From NCBI GenBank assembly GCA_036149055.1, contig JAYZQJ010000057.1:1-64000 (forward strand): a stretch of 64,000 bases of DNA, written 5' to 3'. Position numbers and translations under genes: made by a program. The notes under the pieces are model-generated. The model did not search any database. It was not told the DNA's origin and saw nothing but the letters and a program-made list of their open reading frames with translations. How positions within the stretch are numbered: the first letter of the stretch is position 1; every line of letters begins with the position of its first letter. Below, piece after piece: positions 36,495 through 46,967 of the stretch. Source of the stretch: Myxococcota bacterium. GTDB lineage: Bacteria > Myxococcota_A > Polyangia > Polyangiales > Sandaracinaceae.

Positions 36495-37196
36495 ATGCCC
36501 CGTCTGGTCACCCGCTCCGAACTCGCGCGCATCGCTGGCGTCTCGCCGGCCGCCATCACCAAGGCCTGCAAGGCGAGCCTGAGCGAGGGGTGTGTCGGCA
36601 AGCGGATCGACCTCGATCACCCGGTGGTCGTCGAGTACCTCCGGAAGAAGGGCGTCGCGCCGACCTCGGACACGGTTTCGGCGCCGGCGGCGCGGTCGAA
36701 GCCGACGAAGCGCCGACCTCGATCAGCCAAGAAGCCAGCCGGCAAGAAGCCGCCCCAGCGACCGCCGAAGAAGAAGAGCTCCGCCAGCGCGGCCTCTCCG
36801 ACCGACGTTCCCGACGTCACGGACGACGACATCGAGGCCTACGCCCACATGTCGCTCGACGAGCTCGTGGAGCGCTTCGGGACGGCGACGGCGTTCAAGG
36901 ACTGGCTCGACTCTCGGAAAACCATCGAGGACATCCGGCAGAAGACGCTGAAGAACAACGAGATCGATGGGCGACTCATCAGCCGGGACCTCGTCCGAGC
37001 TCACGTCTTCGGCGCCATCGAGTCCGGAAACCGTCGGCTGCTGGGCGACTCCCCGAAGACCATCGCCCGTCGTCTCTACGCGCTCGCGAAGAACGGCACG
37101 CCCGTCGAAGAGGCCGAGGCCATCGTGCGCGAGATCATCTCCAGCCAGCTCGCGCCGGTGAAGGCGCAGGCGGCGCGGGCGCTGCGGAATGCTTGA
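36495..37196 (+). CDS. Terminase small subunit
   Basis: N-terminal HTH (SELARIAGVSPAAITK), coiled coil, G.LI.RD.V; precedes terL. Confidence 0.85.
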   Translation: MPRLVTRSELARIAGVSPAAITKACKASLSEGCVGKRIDLDHPVVVEYLRKKGVAPTSDTVSAPAARSKPTKRRPRSAKKPAGKKPPQRPPKKKSSASAASPTDVPDVTDDDIEAYAHMSLDELVERFGTATAFKDWLDSRKTIEDIRQKTLKNNEIDGRLISRDLVRAHVFGAIESGNRRLLGDSPKTIARRLYALAKNGTPVEEAEAIVREIISSQLAPVKAQAARALRNA

Positions 37197-39192
37197 CCTG
37201 GACATCGACGAGGGCGGCGAGAAGCTGTCCGACGAGGAGTGGCTGGCGCGGCAGTTCGAGGAGCTCACCACCGAGCTCGAGGTGCTCACGCCGTCCCAGT
37301 GGGCCGAGAAGAAGCGCTACCTCCCCTCGGAGGTCACGCCGCTGCCGGGCTACTACCGCTTCGAGGTCGCGCCCTACCTGCGCGAGGTCGTGGATTGCCT
37401 CGGGGTCGACTCGCCCGTACGCGAGCTCGCCTTCATGAAGGGCGTCCAGATCTGCGCCACCGTCGGGGTGCTCGAGAACGCCATCGGCTACTTCATCGAC
37501 CACGTGAAGACGGCGCCGGTGATGCTGGTCACCGCCGACGCCGAGCTCGTGAAGCTCCGGATGGAGAGCTACGTGATGCCGATGCTCCGGTACTCGGGTC
37601 TCGACCACCTCATCCGCAGCAACGACGAGAGGAACCCTCGGAAGACCGGTCGGACCGACAAGAAGATCGAGTGGATGGGCGGCGGGTTCCTGATCCCGTT
37701 CGGCGCGCAGAACGCAAACAAGCTCCGCTCTGTGTCGATCCAGGTGCTCCTCAGGGACGAGATCGACGGGTGGCCGGACATCGTCGGCAAGGACGGCGAC
37801 CCGGTGAAGCTCAGCGGAGACCGGACGGCGTCCTTCGAGTCCTCGCGGAAGATCGCCGACATCTCCACCCCGCTCATCAAGGGGCAGTCGAAGATCTCGG
37901 AGCGGTTCGCGCGCGGAGATCAGCGGCGGTACTTCGTCTGCTGCCTGAGCTGCGGCTTCCCCCAGGTTCTTCGCTGGCGGCGCGAGGACCCAGAGACGGG
38001 TGAGCTCAGCGGCATCGTCTGGGAGATGAACGGCGGCCGGCTGGTCGCCGACTCGGTTCGCTACCGCTGCGCGAACTGCGGGCACGACCACGTCAACGAC
38101 GACAAGACGAAGCTGCTCTCGCCGGACTACGGCGCCGAGTGGCGCCCGACCGCAGAGCCCGTGAGCCCGCAGGTGCGGAGCTACCACCTGTCGGCGCTCT
38201 ACTCGCCGGTCGGCATGCAGACCTGGGCCGCCTGCGTTCAGAAGTGGCTCGACGCATGGGACGAGGAGCGCGGCCGGCCGCGGGACCTCGGCAAGCTCCA
38301 GGTCTTCTACAACAACGTCCTCGGCGAGCCGTTCGAGCTCCGCGGGGACAAGCTGCGGTTCGAGGCTGTCTCGAGCCACCGCCGGGCGGAGTACCGGTTC
38401 GGGCAGATCCCCAACCGCTTCGCCGCGACCTACGCGGGGAGTGAGATCGCGCTGCTCACCTGCACGGTCGACGTCCACAAGCACGAGCTGCCCGTCGCGG
38501 TGATCGGCTGGACGCGAGGCGGCCGGGCGATTCTCGTCGATTACTGGCGCTTCGAGGGCGACACCGAGCAGCTCGACAACCCCGACACCTGGGGGCGGCT
38601 CCGGAAGCTGATCGAGACTCCGGGCCTGTACGTCGCCGACGACGGCAAGCGGTACAGCATCGCGTGCACCCTCATCGACTCCGGCTACCGCACCGACGTC
38701 GTCTACCGGTTCTGCTCAGAGTACCAGGCCGGCGTGGCTCCCGTGAAGGGCCGCGACTCGGCGCCCAAGAGCGCCACCATCAAGCACTTCTCCGCCTACA
38801 CGACGCCCGACGGCGTCACGGGCTACTCGGTCACCGTCGACCTCTACAAGGACCGATGGCACGGGGCCTTGCGGCGGTCATGGGACCGGCAGTCCCTCCA
38901 GCCGGCGCGTCACTTCAACGCGCCCCTCGACGCGACCGACGCCCAGCTGCGCGAGCTCACCGTCGAGGTGAAGCAAGAGAAGATCGAGGCTCGCTCCGGT
39001 CGTCGCGTCGGGTTCCACTGGCACCGCCCGTCGGGCGCCGCGAACGAGCTGTGGGACCTGCTGATCTACGGCAGCGCGGCCCTGGACATCGTGGTGATGG
39101 AGGTCTGTCGCCACCAGCTCGGCATGGACCTCGCCAACGAGGTCGCCTTCTTCGACCTCGCCCTCGAGCAGCGGTTGTTCTTCCAGGAGTAG
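37189..39192 (+). CDS. Terminase large subunit, GpA family
   Basis: PYLREVVD, MKGVQI.AT, LRDEID, ISTP, GDQRRYFV.C..CG, LYSP, FYNNVLGE, IDSGY, NE..D. Confidence 0.95.
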   Translation: MLDLDIDEGGEKLSDEEWLARQFEELTTELEVLTPSQWAEKKRYLPSEVTPLPGYYRFEVAPYLREVVDCLGVDSPVRELAFMKGVQICATVGVLENAIGYFIDHVKTAPVMLVTADAELVKLRMESYVMPMLRYSGLDHLIRSNDERNPRKTGRTDKKIEWMGGGFLIPFGAQNANKLRSVSIQVLLRDEIDGWPDIVGKDGDPVKLSGDRTASFESSRKIADISTPLIKGQSKISERFARGDQRRYFVCCLSCGFPQVLRWRREDPETGELSGIVWEMNGGRLVADSVRYRCANCGHDHVNDDKTKLLSPDYGAEWRPTAEPVSPQVRSYHLSALYSPVGMQTWAACVQKWLDAWDEERGRPRDLGKLQVFYNNVLGEPFELRGDKLRFEAVSSHRRAEYRFGQIPNRFAATYAGSEIALLTCTVDVHKHELPVAVIGWTRGGRAILVDYWRFEGDTEQLDNPDTWGRLRKLIETPGLYVADDGKRYSIACTLIDSGYRTDVVYRFCSEYQAGVAPVKGRDSAPKSATIKHFSAYTTPDGVTGYSVTVDLYKDRWHGALRRSWDRQSLQPARHFNAPLDATDAQLRELTVEVKQEKIEARSGRRVGFHWHRPSGAANELWDLLIYGSAALDIVVMEVCRHQLGMDLANEVAFFDLALEQRLFFQE

Positions 39193-39194
39193 CG

Positions 39195-39449
39195 ATGCCC
39201 GTCGATCGCGAGTGGCTCGACGACCGGATCGAGCGGACCAAGGCGATGATCATCGCGCACGAGAACGCCATCGAGGCGCTCTCGGGCGGCGCCCAGATGT
39301 ACCAGCTGGACACCGGTCAGACCCGGCAGATGGTCACGCGGGCGCAGCTCTCCCAGCTCCGGATGGCCCTCGACTCGCTCGAGAACCGGCTCTCGACCCT
39401 CTACGCGCGCCGCAACGGCGCCGGCCTGCACATCAAACCCGGCTTCTGA
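39195..39449 (+). CDS. gpW-like head completion protein
   Basis: Small gene between terL and portal; YQLDTGQTRQ.VTRA.L. Confidence 0.75.
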   Translation: MPVDREWLDDRIERTKAMIIAHENAIEALSGGAQMYQLDTGQTRQMVTRAQLSQLRMALDSLENRLSTLYARRNGAGLHIKPGF

Positions 39450-39452
39450 ACC

Positions 39453-41105
39453 ATGGACCCCACCGCCCTCGCCGAGATCCAGCAGCTCGAGGCGCTGGAG
39501 GCGGACATCGCGAGGGGCGTCGAGTCCATCTCGGCCCAGCCGCCACGGGTCTCGGTCTCGGCCCTCGCGCCCTGGACTCCGGCTTGGCACGACGGGGAGA
39601 AGTTCTTCGGGGGCTTCGGCCCGACGCAGCTTCTGACCGCGGACTACTGGACGCTGCGCGCGAGGAGCGCCCAGCTCTTCAGGACCAACCTCTACGCGCG
39701 CGGGATCATCCGCCGCTTCATCACGAACGTGATCAACACCGGCCTCCACCTCGAGGCGGTGCCGGACGAGTCGATCCTCGGAGTCGAGGAGGACGCGCTC
39801 TCCGACTGGTCCGAGCTCACGGAGAACCGCTTCGCGATCTGGGAGAAGGCCCGGCACTGCGACCAGCGAGAGCTGCTCTCCTTCGGCAAGCTCCAAGCCG
39901 CGGCGTACCGAGAGGCCCTCGTCGCCGGCGACGTGCTGGCCGTCCTCCGGCAGGACCGTCGCACCGGGCTGCCCAGGGTGCAGCTGGTTCCGGGCAGCGC
40001 GGTGCAGAGCCCGCTCGAGTCGCCCCGCAGAGGCAACAGGATCGAGCACGGCGTCGAGCTCGACGCCTCCGACCGGCAGGTCGCCTACTGGGTCACCCAG
40101 CGGGACGGGACGTCGAAGCGACTCCCGGCCTGGGGCGAGAAGTCCGGCCGGCGCATCGCGTGGCTGGTCTACGCCGTGGACAAGCGCCTCGACGACGTTC
40201 GAGGGGAGCCGCTGCTGTCGCTCGTCCTGCAGTCGCTCAAGGAGATCGACCGCTACCGCGACAGCGTCCAGCGCAAGGCCGTCATCAACTCGATGCTGGC
40301 CATGTTCATCAAGAAGTCCTCGGACAAGCCCGGGACGATGCCGATGGCCGGCGGAGCCATCCGGCGAGCCAGCGTGCTGGCGCACGACGCGGCCACGGGA
40401 GAGACGCGCAGCTTCAACAGCGCCGACCAGATCCCCGGGTTCGTCATCGACGAGCTCCAGGAGGGCGAGGAGCCGAAGTCGTTCGGGTCGCAGGGCACCG
40501 ACGAGAAGTTCGGCGACTTCGAGGAAGCCATCGTGCAGGGCGTCGCGTGGGCGCTCGAGGCACCGCCCGAGATCCTCCGCCTCGCGTTCTCGAACAACTA
40601 CTCGGCGAGCCAGGCCGCGATCAACGAGTTCAAGATGTTCCTCAACCGAGTCCGAACGGACTTCGGCGAGGACTTCTGCGCACCCGTGTACGAGGAGTGG
40701 CTGCTCTCCGAGGCGCTCGCCGGACGCGTCGACGCGCCAGGCCTCATCGAGGCGCGACGCGATCCCGTCCAGTTCGACACGTACGGCGCGTGGATCGCGT
40801 CGGAGTGGGCGGGCCAGATCAAGCCCGCTGTCGACCTGTCCAAGCTTGTGCGCGGCTACAAGGAGCTGCTCGGCGACGGGCTGATCACGAGGGACCGGGC
40901 CAGCCGCGAGCTCACCGGGATGAAGTTCTCGAAGGTCGCCAAGCGGCTCCGCATCGAGAACGAACAGCTGATCACCGCGCTCGCGCCCCTGGCTCCCCTG
41001 CTCAGCAACCCAGAGCCGGTCAACGCGCCCGAGCTCGACCCCACCGATGACGAGCCTGCGGCTGTGGTGCGGCTCCCAGGCGTCGCCGGGACGAGGAATT
41101 CATGA
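39453..41105 (+). CDS. Portal protein, lambda family
   Basis: LRARS..L...N..ARG, GVELD...R.VAYW, RGEPLL, NYSAS. Confidence 0.93.
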   Translation: MDPTALAEIQQLEALEADIARGVESISAQPPRVSVSALAPWTPAWHDGEKFFGGFGPTQLLTADYWTLRARSAQLFRTNLYARGIIRRFITNVINTGLHLEAVPDESILGVEEDALSDWSELTENRFAIWEKARHCDQRELLSFGKLQAAAYREALVAGDVLAVLRQDRRTGLPRVQLVPGSAVQSPLESPRRGNRIEHGVELDASDRQVAYWVTQRDGTSKRLPAWGEKSGRRIAWLVYAVDKRLDDVRGEPLLSLVLQSLKEIDRYRDSVQRKAVINSMLAMFIKKSSDKPGTMPMAGGAIRRASVLAHDAATGETRSFNSADQIPGFVIDELQEGEEPKSFGSQGTDEKFGDFEEAIVQGVAWALEAPPEILRLAFSNNYSASQAAINEFKMFLNRVRTDFGEDFCAPVYEEWLLSEALAGRVDAPGLIEARRDPVQFDTYGAWIASEWAGQIKPAVDLSKLVRGYKELLGDGLITRDRASRELTGMKFSKVAKRLRIENEQLITALAPLAPLLSNPEPVNAPELDPTDDEPAAVVRLPGVAGTRNS

Positions 41106-42253
41106 CCCAACCCAAGCAGATCTTCGCGGTTCGCGGCGAAGGAACCGACACCCTCGAGCTCGACGTCTACGACGTCGTGGGTGGCTCATGGTGGAGCGAC
41201 GGCGTCACCGCCAAGGGCGTCCGGCGCGCGCTGAAGAGCAGCGCCAACGCGAAGACGATCAAGCTGCGCGTGAACTCCCGCGGCGGCGACGTCTTCGAGG
41301 GCACCGCGATCTACAACCTCCTCCGCGACCACCCGGCCAACGTGGTGGCCGACGTCGACGCGCTCGCGGCGAGCATCGCCTCCGTGATCCTCATGGCGGC
41401 CGACGAGATTCGCATCGCGCCCGGCGCGATGGTGATGATCCACAACCCCTGGGCAATCAGCCTCGGGGAGGCCGACGACCTCCGTTCGACGGCGGACCTT
41501 CTCGACAAGGTTCGTGGGCAGATGGCCGACATCTACGCCGCCCGCACCGGGCTCGCCCACGAGCGCCTGCTCGAGATGATGGCGGCCGAGACCTGGATGA
41601 CGCCGGAGGAGGCGAAGGCGAACGGCTTCGCGGACGTGATCAAGAGCGCGTCTCAGGGGACGACGAAGGCGCGCGCTCTCGCGGCGCTCGACCTCTCCGG
41701 CCTGACCGTTCCGCGGGACTTCAACGCGGCCGTAGAGCGGGCGCGCGCGGAGCTCGCCACCCCGCCCAAGGAGACCACGCGCGCGGCAACCCCGCCGCCG
41801 CCCGACGACGCGCCCGCCGGTGGCGAGCGCCCGAACCGACGCGAAGGCCCCTCGGCGCCTTCCGAGCCGAGACAGGAGAAGAATTCCATGGAGAAGCTGG
41901 ACCTCAGGACGCTCCGCTCTCAGCACCCCGACCTCTTCGAGGCGGCCGTGCAGGAGGGCGTGAAGGAAGAGCGCGACCGCGTCTGCGCCCACCTCACGAT
42001 GGGCGAGCAGTCGGGCGACCTCAAGACCGCCTTCGGCGCCATCCGGGCGGGCGACGGCATGACCCAGACGCTCACCGCCACCTACCTGGCGGCGGGCATG
42101 AACCGGGCCGAGCAGACCGCGCGGCAGACCGAGACCGACCAGGCCGGCGACGCGGTGGCCGGGGCCAAGCCGGCCCCGGAGGAGCAGCCCGACCTCGGCG
42201 CCCAGGTGATCGACATCATCGAGGCGCGCCGCGGCAAGAAGGCGGAGGGCTGA
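41102..42253 (+). CDS. ClpP-like head maturation protease with scaffold extension
   Basis: VNSRGGDVFEG, LAASIAS, MIHNPW, ETWM...EA...GFAD; internal RBS/ATG near 41888. Confidence 0.92.
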   Translation: MTQPKQIFAVRGEGTDTLELDVYDVVGGSWWSDGVTAKGVRRALKSSANAKTIKLRVNSRGGDVFEGTAIYNLLRDHPANVVADVDALAASIASVILMAADEIRIAPGAMVMIHNPWAISLGEADDLRSTADLLDKVRGQMADIYAARTGLAHERLLEMMAAETWMTPEEAKANGFADVIKSASQGTTKARALAALDLSGLTVPRDFNAAVERARAELATPPKETTRAATPPPPDDAPAGGERPNRREGPSAPSEPRQEKNSMEKLDLRTLRSQHPDLFEAAVQEGVKEERDRVCAHLTMGEQSGDLKTAFGAIRAGDGMTQTLTATYLAAGMNRAEQTARQTETDQAGDAVAGAKPAPEEQPDLGAQVIDIIEARRGKKAEG

Positions 42254-42256
42254 GCC

Positions 42257-42655
42257 GTGCCCAACATGACGATCACGAACATCGACAACGGCACGGTCCT
42301 CATCGGCGAGGGCGAGTTCAGCGACGAGCTGCTCACCTTCGGCGGGGCCGACACCATCGCGGAGGGCACCATCCTGGCGCGCGACAGCGGCACCGGGAAG
42401 ATGGTCCCCTTCGACCCGGACGACGTCGGCGGCGTCGACCACGAGGTCGCCAAGGCGGTCCTGACCTACCCGGTCACGGCGACCGGCGCCGGCGACGTGG
42501 CCATCCGGGCTCTCATCTTCGGGCGCGTCAACGCGGACCGGCTCGTCGTCGACGACGGCGCGACCGTGACGGCGGCCATCAAGGACCAGCTGCGAGGCTA
42601 CGGCATCACCCCGGTGAGCGTCAGCCAGCTCTCGCAGCTGGACACCCAGGACTGA
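42257..42655 (+). CDS. Head decoration protein (gpD-like)
   Basis: GTILAR...GK.VP, AVL, G.VN...L; between protease and capsid. Confidence 0.8.
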   Translation: MPNMTITNIDNGTVLIGEGEFSDELLTFGGADTIAEGTILARDSGTGKMVPFDPDDVGGVDHEVAKAVLTYPVTATGAGDVAIRALIFGRVNADRLVVDDGATVTAAIKDQLRGYGITPVSVSQLSQLDTQD

Positions 42656-42666
42656 AAGGGACCGCC

Positions 42667-43743
42667 ATGAGCGACGCAACGACGAAGCGGATGATCTCGG
42701 CGTACATGGACGACGCCGACGCGCCCATGTTCCTGTCGGGCTTCTTCCAGAGCCCGCCGCGGAACTTCCACACCACCGAGATGGTGGAGATCGACATCGA
42801 GCGGGACGACCCCGAGGTGGCGATCGTGGTCACGGACCTGAAGGCCGGCGGCCGGAAGAACGAGATCGGCCAGTACACCAACAAGGGCTTCACCCCGCCG
42901 ATCTTCAAGGAGGAGGGCGTCATCACGGCGTTCAACCTCATGAAGCGTCGTCCCGGGCAGAACCCCTTCCAGGACCCGAACTTCCTCGCGAACGCGACGG
43001 AGGAGGCGTTCCGCCTCTTCCGGAAGCTCGAGAAGAAGATCCGGCGCGCCATCGAGCTCCAGGCCTCGCAGGTCCTCCAGACCGGCGTCCTCACCCTCAT
43101 CAACGAGGACGGGGTCGCCGCCTACACCCTCGACTTCCAGCCGAAGTCGACGCACTTCCCGGCGGCCGCGGCCACCTGGGCCGGCGCGAGCGACAAGCTC
43201 CTCGACCTGGAGAACCTCGCCGACGTCATCCGGCGCGACGGCAAGTCCCAGCCGCGCCGGCTGGTCTTCGGGCAGACGGCGCTCCGTCGCTTCCTGGCGG
43301 ACAGCGCGGTGCAGGCCCGCCTCGACTCTCGCAACATGACGGTCGGCTCCATCGCCCCCGAGACGCGGGGGCAGGGAGCGACCTTCCAGGGATGGGTCTG
43401 GATCGGTCACTACCGGTTCGAGATGTGGACCTACGACGGGTTCTACAAGCACCCCCAGACCGGCGTCCTCACCCCCTACGTCGGGACCGACAACGTCATC
43501 ATGCTGTCGGAGGGCAGTCGCCTCGACCTGACCTACGGCGCCATCCCGATGATCCGCGGCCCCGAGACCCGCGCGCTGCCCTTCCTCCCCCCGCGGATGA
43601 GCGACGGCGGCCTCGGCCTCGACCTCACCACCAACAGCTGGTTCTCGCCCGACGGCGAGACGCTGAACGTCTCCGCGGGCACGCGCCCCCTCACCATCCC
43701 CACGGCGATCGACACCTTCGGGTGCCTCGACACCACCACCTGA
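42667..43743 (+). CDS. Major capsid protein (lambda gpE family)
   Basis: 358 aa; FLSGFF, VEIDI, IELQASQVL.TG, YGAI, RPL.IP. Confidence 0.9.
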   Translation: MSDATTKRMISAYMDDADAPMFLSGFFQSPPRNFHTTEMVEIDIERDDPEVAIVVTDLKAGGRKNEIGQYTNKGFTPPIFKEEGVITAFNLMKRRPGQNPFQDPNFLANATEEAFRLFRKLEKKIRRAIELQASQVLQTGVLTLINEDGVAAYTLDFQPKSTHFPAAAATWAGASDKLLDLENLADVIRRDGKSQPRRLVFGQTALRRFLADSAVQARLDSRNMTVGSIAPETRGQGATFQGWVWIGHYRFEMWTYDGFYKHPQTGVLTPYVGTDNVIMLSEGSRLDLTYGAIPMIRGPETRALPFLPPRMSDGGLGLDLTTNSWFSPDGETLNVSAGTRPLTIPTAIDTFGCLDTTT

Positions 43744-43757
43744 TCCAGGAACGGCTC

Positions 43758-44108
43758 ATGGCGAAGAACAGCAACAGCAGCAAGGCGTCGGGCGGCGCCG
43801 CCGTCTCCGGCGGCGCGGTCCGCTCGAGCGACTCGAGCGAGCCGTCCGGCAAGGGCGACGAGCCCAAGCCCAAGGCCCCGCCCGACGAGCGGCTGCCCGA
43901 GGAGCAGCCGCGCGAGGGCGCCAAGGCGAGCGCCGACGGGTCGGAGAAGGGGAAGACCAAGGCCCCCTTCACCGTCGCCAAGGGCAAGTCCGTCAGCTCG
44001 CGCCGAGGCATCCTCGGACCGGGTGACGAGGTCAGCGCCCGAGACTTCGCCGCCGGCGCCGAGCGCCTCGACGAGCTCGTGGACGCCGGCGTTCTCGTCA
44101 AGGCGTGA
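43758..44108 (+). CDS. Small head accessory protein
   Basis: Low-complexity N-terminus; VAKGKSV....G.L.PGDEV...LV..GVLV. Confidence 0.6.
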   Translation: MAKNSNSSKASGGAAVSGGAVRSSDSSEPSGKGDEPKPKAPPDERLPEEQPREGAKASADGSEKGKTKAPFTVAKGKSVSSRRGILGPGDEVSARDFAAGAERLDELVDAGVLVKA

Positions 44109-44494
44109 GCCTGCGCGACCAGGCCGCCGCCGACGCGCTCTCGTTCCTCGAGGACGACGTCGGCGGCTTCGGCTGCGACATCATCATCACCACGCCCGAC
44201 GGCGTCGAGCTCGAGCTGAAAGGCTACGCGGCCGACATCGGGCACACGATCGACCCGGAGACGGGTCAGGCGGTCAGCGGCCGCCGAGCGTCGGTCGCTC
44301 TCCCGATCGCGCGCTTCACCGCTGCCGGCGTCGACCTCCCTCGGCACGTCGCCGATCGCGGCTCGCGCCCATGGGTGGTCCAGGTCGCCGACATCGAAGG
44401 GCAGTCGCACACCTACGCGGTGGCCGAAGCGATGCCAGACCGCGCCATCGGCGTCGTGACCTGTCTGCTCGAGGCGTACCGCCCGACTCCGTGA
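44105..44494 (+). CDS. Head-tail joining protein
   Basis: Position; DIG..IDPETG..VSGR.ASV. Confidence 0.7.
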   Translation: MSLRDQAAADALSFLEDDVGGFGCDIIITTPDGVELELKGYAADIGHTIDPETGQAVSGRRASVALPIARFTAAGVDLPRHVADRGSRPWVVQVADIEGQSHTYAVAEAMPDRAIGVVTCLLEAYRPTP

Positions 44495-44500
44495 GGCCAG

Positions 44501-45178
44501 ATGCCCGCCAGACTCACCGACCTGATCGACAAGCGGGACACCTTCGAGGTCCTGCGGGATGAGGTCGCGGCGATCCTCGCAGTCGAGATCGCCGAGCAGA
44601 AGGTCCTCGCGGCCGCGGCCGCGCGCGACCCCGACGAGTGGGACCTCAACGTCTTCGTCGAGCGCGCTCACCCCTGGGCCGAGTTCATCGACTCGCCGGA
44701 GACGGCACCCCCGATCGTCAACGTCTCATACGACAATCAGAACTTCGACCGCGGCGCATCCAATGCCGTCGAGCGGCAGAAGGCCACCGCGGTCTATCAC
44801 CTCGACTGCTACGGCTACGGGATCGCGAGTTCCGACGGGGTCGGCGGGCACGTCCCGGGCGACCGCATGGCGGCCGAGGAAGCGCAGCGAGCGGTTCGAC
44901 TGGTGCGCAACATCCTGATGTCCGGCGCCTACACCTACCTGGGGCTCCGCGGGACTGTCTGGAGACGGTGGGTGCAGTCCATCACGATGTTCCAGCCGCC
45001 CCTCGAGGAGCGAACCGTTCAGCAGGTCGTCGCGGCCCGCATCGCGCTCGAGGTCGACTTCAACGAGCTCTCTCCGCAGGTCGCGGGCGACGAGCTCGAC
45101 CTGGTCTCCGCCACCGTCACGCGGAGCGCCAACGGACAGATCCTGATCAACGCCGACTACGAACTCGGCGGCTCCTGA
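44501..45178 (+). CDS. Neck/tail terminator-like protein
   Basis: Position immediately before the sheath gene. Confidence 0.65.
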   Translation: MPARLTDLIDKRDTFEVLRDEVAAILAVEIAEQKVLAAAAARDPDEWDLNVFVERAHPWAEFIDSPETAPPIVNVSYDNQNFDRGASNAVERQKATAVYHLDCYGYGIASSDGVGGHVPGDRMAAEEAQRAVRLVRNILMSGAYTYLGLRGTVWRRWVQSITMFQPPLEERTVQQVVAARIALEVDFNELSPQVAGDELDLVSATVTRSANGQILINADYELGGS

Positions 45179-45187
45179 GGAGAAGAA

Positions 45188-46954
45188 ATGGGCGTAGACG
45201 CATCGGCCGTGGCCAGGGTGCTCGGCATCGAAACCAGCTTCGAGGATCGGCGCGCCGGCGGCGTGCTGTTCCTCCCGCAGCGCCTCGTCGTGATCGCCCA
45301 GGGGGCGAGCGACGCGGTCTACTCCTCGGCCAAGCGCCAGGTCACCGGCGCGCAGGAGGGTGGCAGCGTCTACGGCTACGGGAGCCCGATCCACCTGTCG
45401 CTGCGTGAGCTCTTCCCGCTGAACAACGACGGCGTCGGCACCATCCCGGTGACCGTGATCCCCCTCAGCGACCACGCGTCCGGGGTCGCGGCGGCGGGGG
45501 ACATCACGCCGACCGGAAGCCAGACCAGGCAGGCGGCCTACCGGGTGAAGGTGAACAACATCCTCTCCGAGGCGTTCGTGATCCCGGTCGGCGCCAGCGT
45601 CACCGCGATCTGCGCGGCGATCGGGCAGGCCGTCGCGGCCGTGCTCGAGATGCCCGTGGCCGTGAGCTACGCCTACGGCTCCATCACCGCGACGCCGGAC
45701 GGCGGGAACACCGGCGACGGGACGGTGACCGGGCTGTCGGCGAGCGGCACCCCTGTGCCCGGCGACTACACCCTCGAGTGCACGGCCACGGCGGCAGACG
45801 GCGGGACCTTCCGCCTCCTCGGGCCCGACGGCGCCGAGGTCGCCTCGGGCCTGGTCCTCGCGGGTGGCACGCTCGCGGTGGACGAAGGCGGCCTCGCCTT
45901 CACGATCAACGACGGAGCCACCGACTTCGCCGAGGGCGACAGCTTCACCATCGCCGTGCCCGCCACCGCGGTGAACCTCATGGCGAAGTGGAAGGGCGCC
46001 AGCGGGAACGCGCTCTACGTCGAGCTCGAGGGCGAGGACTACGGCGTCACCTTCACGGTCACCCAGCCGACCGGCGGGCTGGTCAATCCCAGCGTGCAGC
46101 CGGCGCTCGATCTCATCGGCGACGTCTGGGAGACGATGGGGCTCAACGCCCTCGACATCGCGGACACCACCGCCCTGGACGCGCTCCAGGCGTTCGGCGA
46201 CGGCCGGTGGGGGGCGCTCGTCCGAAAGCCCATCGTGTTCTTCACGGGGGTCACGGAGGCCACCGTGGCGGCGGCCACCGCCGTCTCGGCGACTCGGCGT
46301 GACGACCGGGTCAACGCCCAGCTCGTCTCGCCGGGCTCGCGGGATCTCCCCTTCGTCGTGGCGGCGAGGCAGCTCGCGCGCATCGCGGCGGTCGCGAACA
46401 ACAACCCGCCGACCGACTACGGCTCGCAGCGCGCCACCGGACTCACGCCCGGGGCGGACTCGGTGCAGTGGGACTACGTCCAGCGCGACCAGGCCGTGAA
46501 GGCGGGGAGCTCCACCGTCGTGGTGAAGAGCGGCGTGGTGAACATCGGGGACGTGGTCACGTTCTACCGGCCCGAGGGCGACCCGCTGCCGGCGTACCGG
46601 CACGTGGTCGACATCGTCAAGCTCCAGAACGTCATCTTCAACGTCGACCTGATCTTCAACCGCGAGGAGTGGGACGGCGCGCCCCTGATCCCCGACGACC
46701 AGCCGACGGTGAACCCCAACGCTCGGAAGCCCCTCAGCGCGAAGGCGGCGGTCGGCGACAAGCTCGATTCACTCGCGCTCAACGCGATCATCAGCGACGC
46801 GAAGACCGCGAAGAAGAACACCGTCGCGGTCATCGACCCCGGCAACCCGAGGCGGCTGAACGTGACCGTGCCGATCCAGCTCTCGGGCAACACCAACATC
46901 ATCGACGTCGCGCTGAAGTTCGGCTTCTTCTTCGGCAGCGCGGCGGGCGCCTGA
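45188..46954 (+). CDS. Tail sheath protein (Mu gpL-like)
   Basis: YGYGSP.H, KWKG.SGN, RDQAVKAG.ST, VTFY, NP.RL. Confidence 0.88.
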   Translation: MGVDASAVARVLGIETSFEDRRAGGVLFLPQRLVVIAQGASDAVYSSAKRQVTGAQEGGSVYGYGSPIHLSLRELFPLNNDGVGTIPVTVIPLSDHASGVAAAGDITPTGSQTRQAAYRVKVNNILSEAFVIPVGASVTAICAAIGQAVAAVLEMPVAVSYAYGSITATPDGGNTGDGTVTGLSASGTPVPGDYTLECTATAADGGTFRLLGPDGAEVASGLVLAGGTLAVDEGGLAFTINDGATDFAEGDSFTIAVPATAVNLMAKWKGASGNALYVELEGEDYGVTFTVTQPTGGLVNPSVQPALDLIGDVWETMGLNALDIADTTALDALQAFGDGRWGALVRKPIVFFTGVTEATVAAATAVSATRRDDRVNAQLVSPGSRDLPFVVAARQLARIAAVANNNPPTDYGSQRATGLTPGADSVQWDYVQRDQAVKAGSSTVVVKSGVVNIGDVVTFYRPEGDPLPAYRHVVDIVKLQNVIFNVDLIFNREEWDGAPLIPDDQPTVNPNARKPLSAKAAVGDKLDSLALNAIISDAKTAKKNTVAVIDPGNPRRLNVTVPIQLSGNTNIIDVALKFGFFFGSAAGA

Positions 46955-46967
46955 GGAGGGCTAGTCC

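Noticed and set aside
41047..43743. 898-aa ORF as a single giant capsid protein
   Set aside because: The N-terminal ~540 aa are an off-frame shadow of the protease and decoration genes; the capsid starts at ATG 42667 after an RBS.
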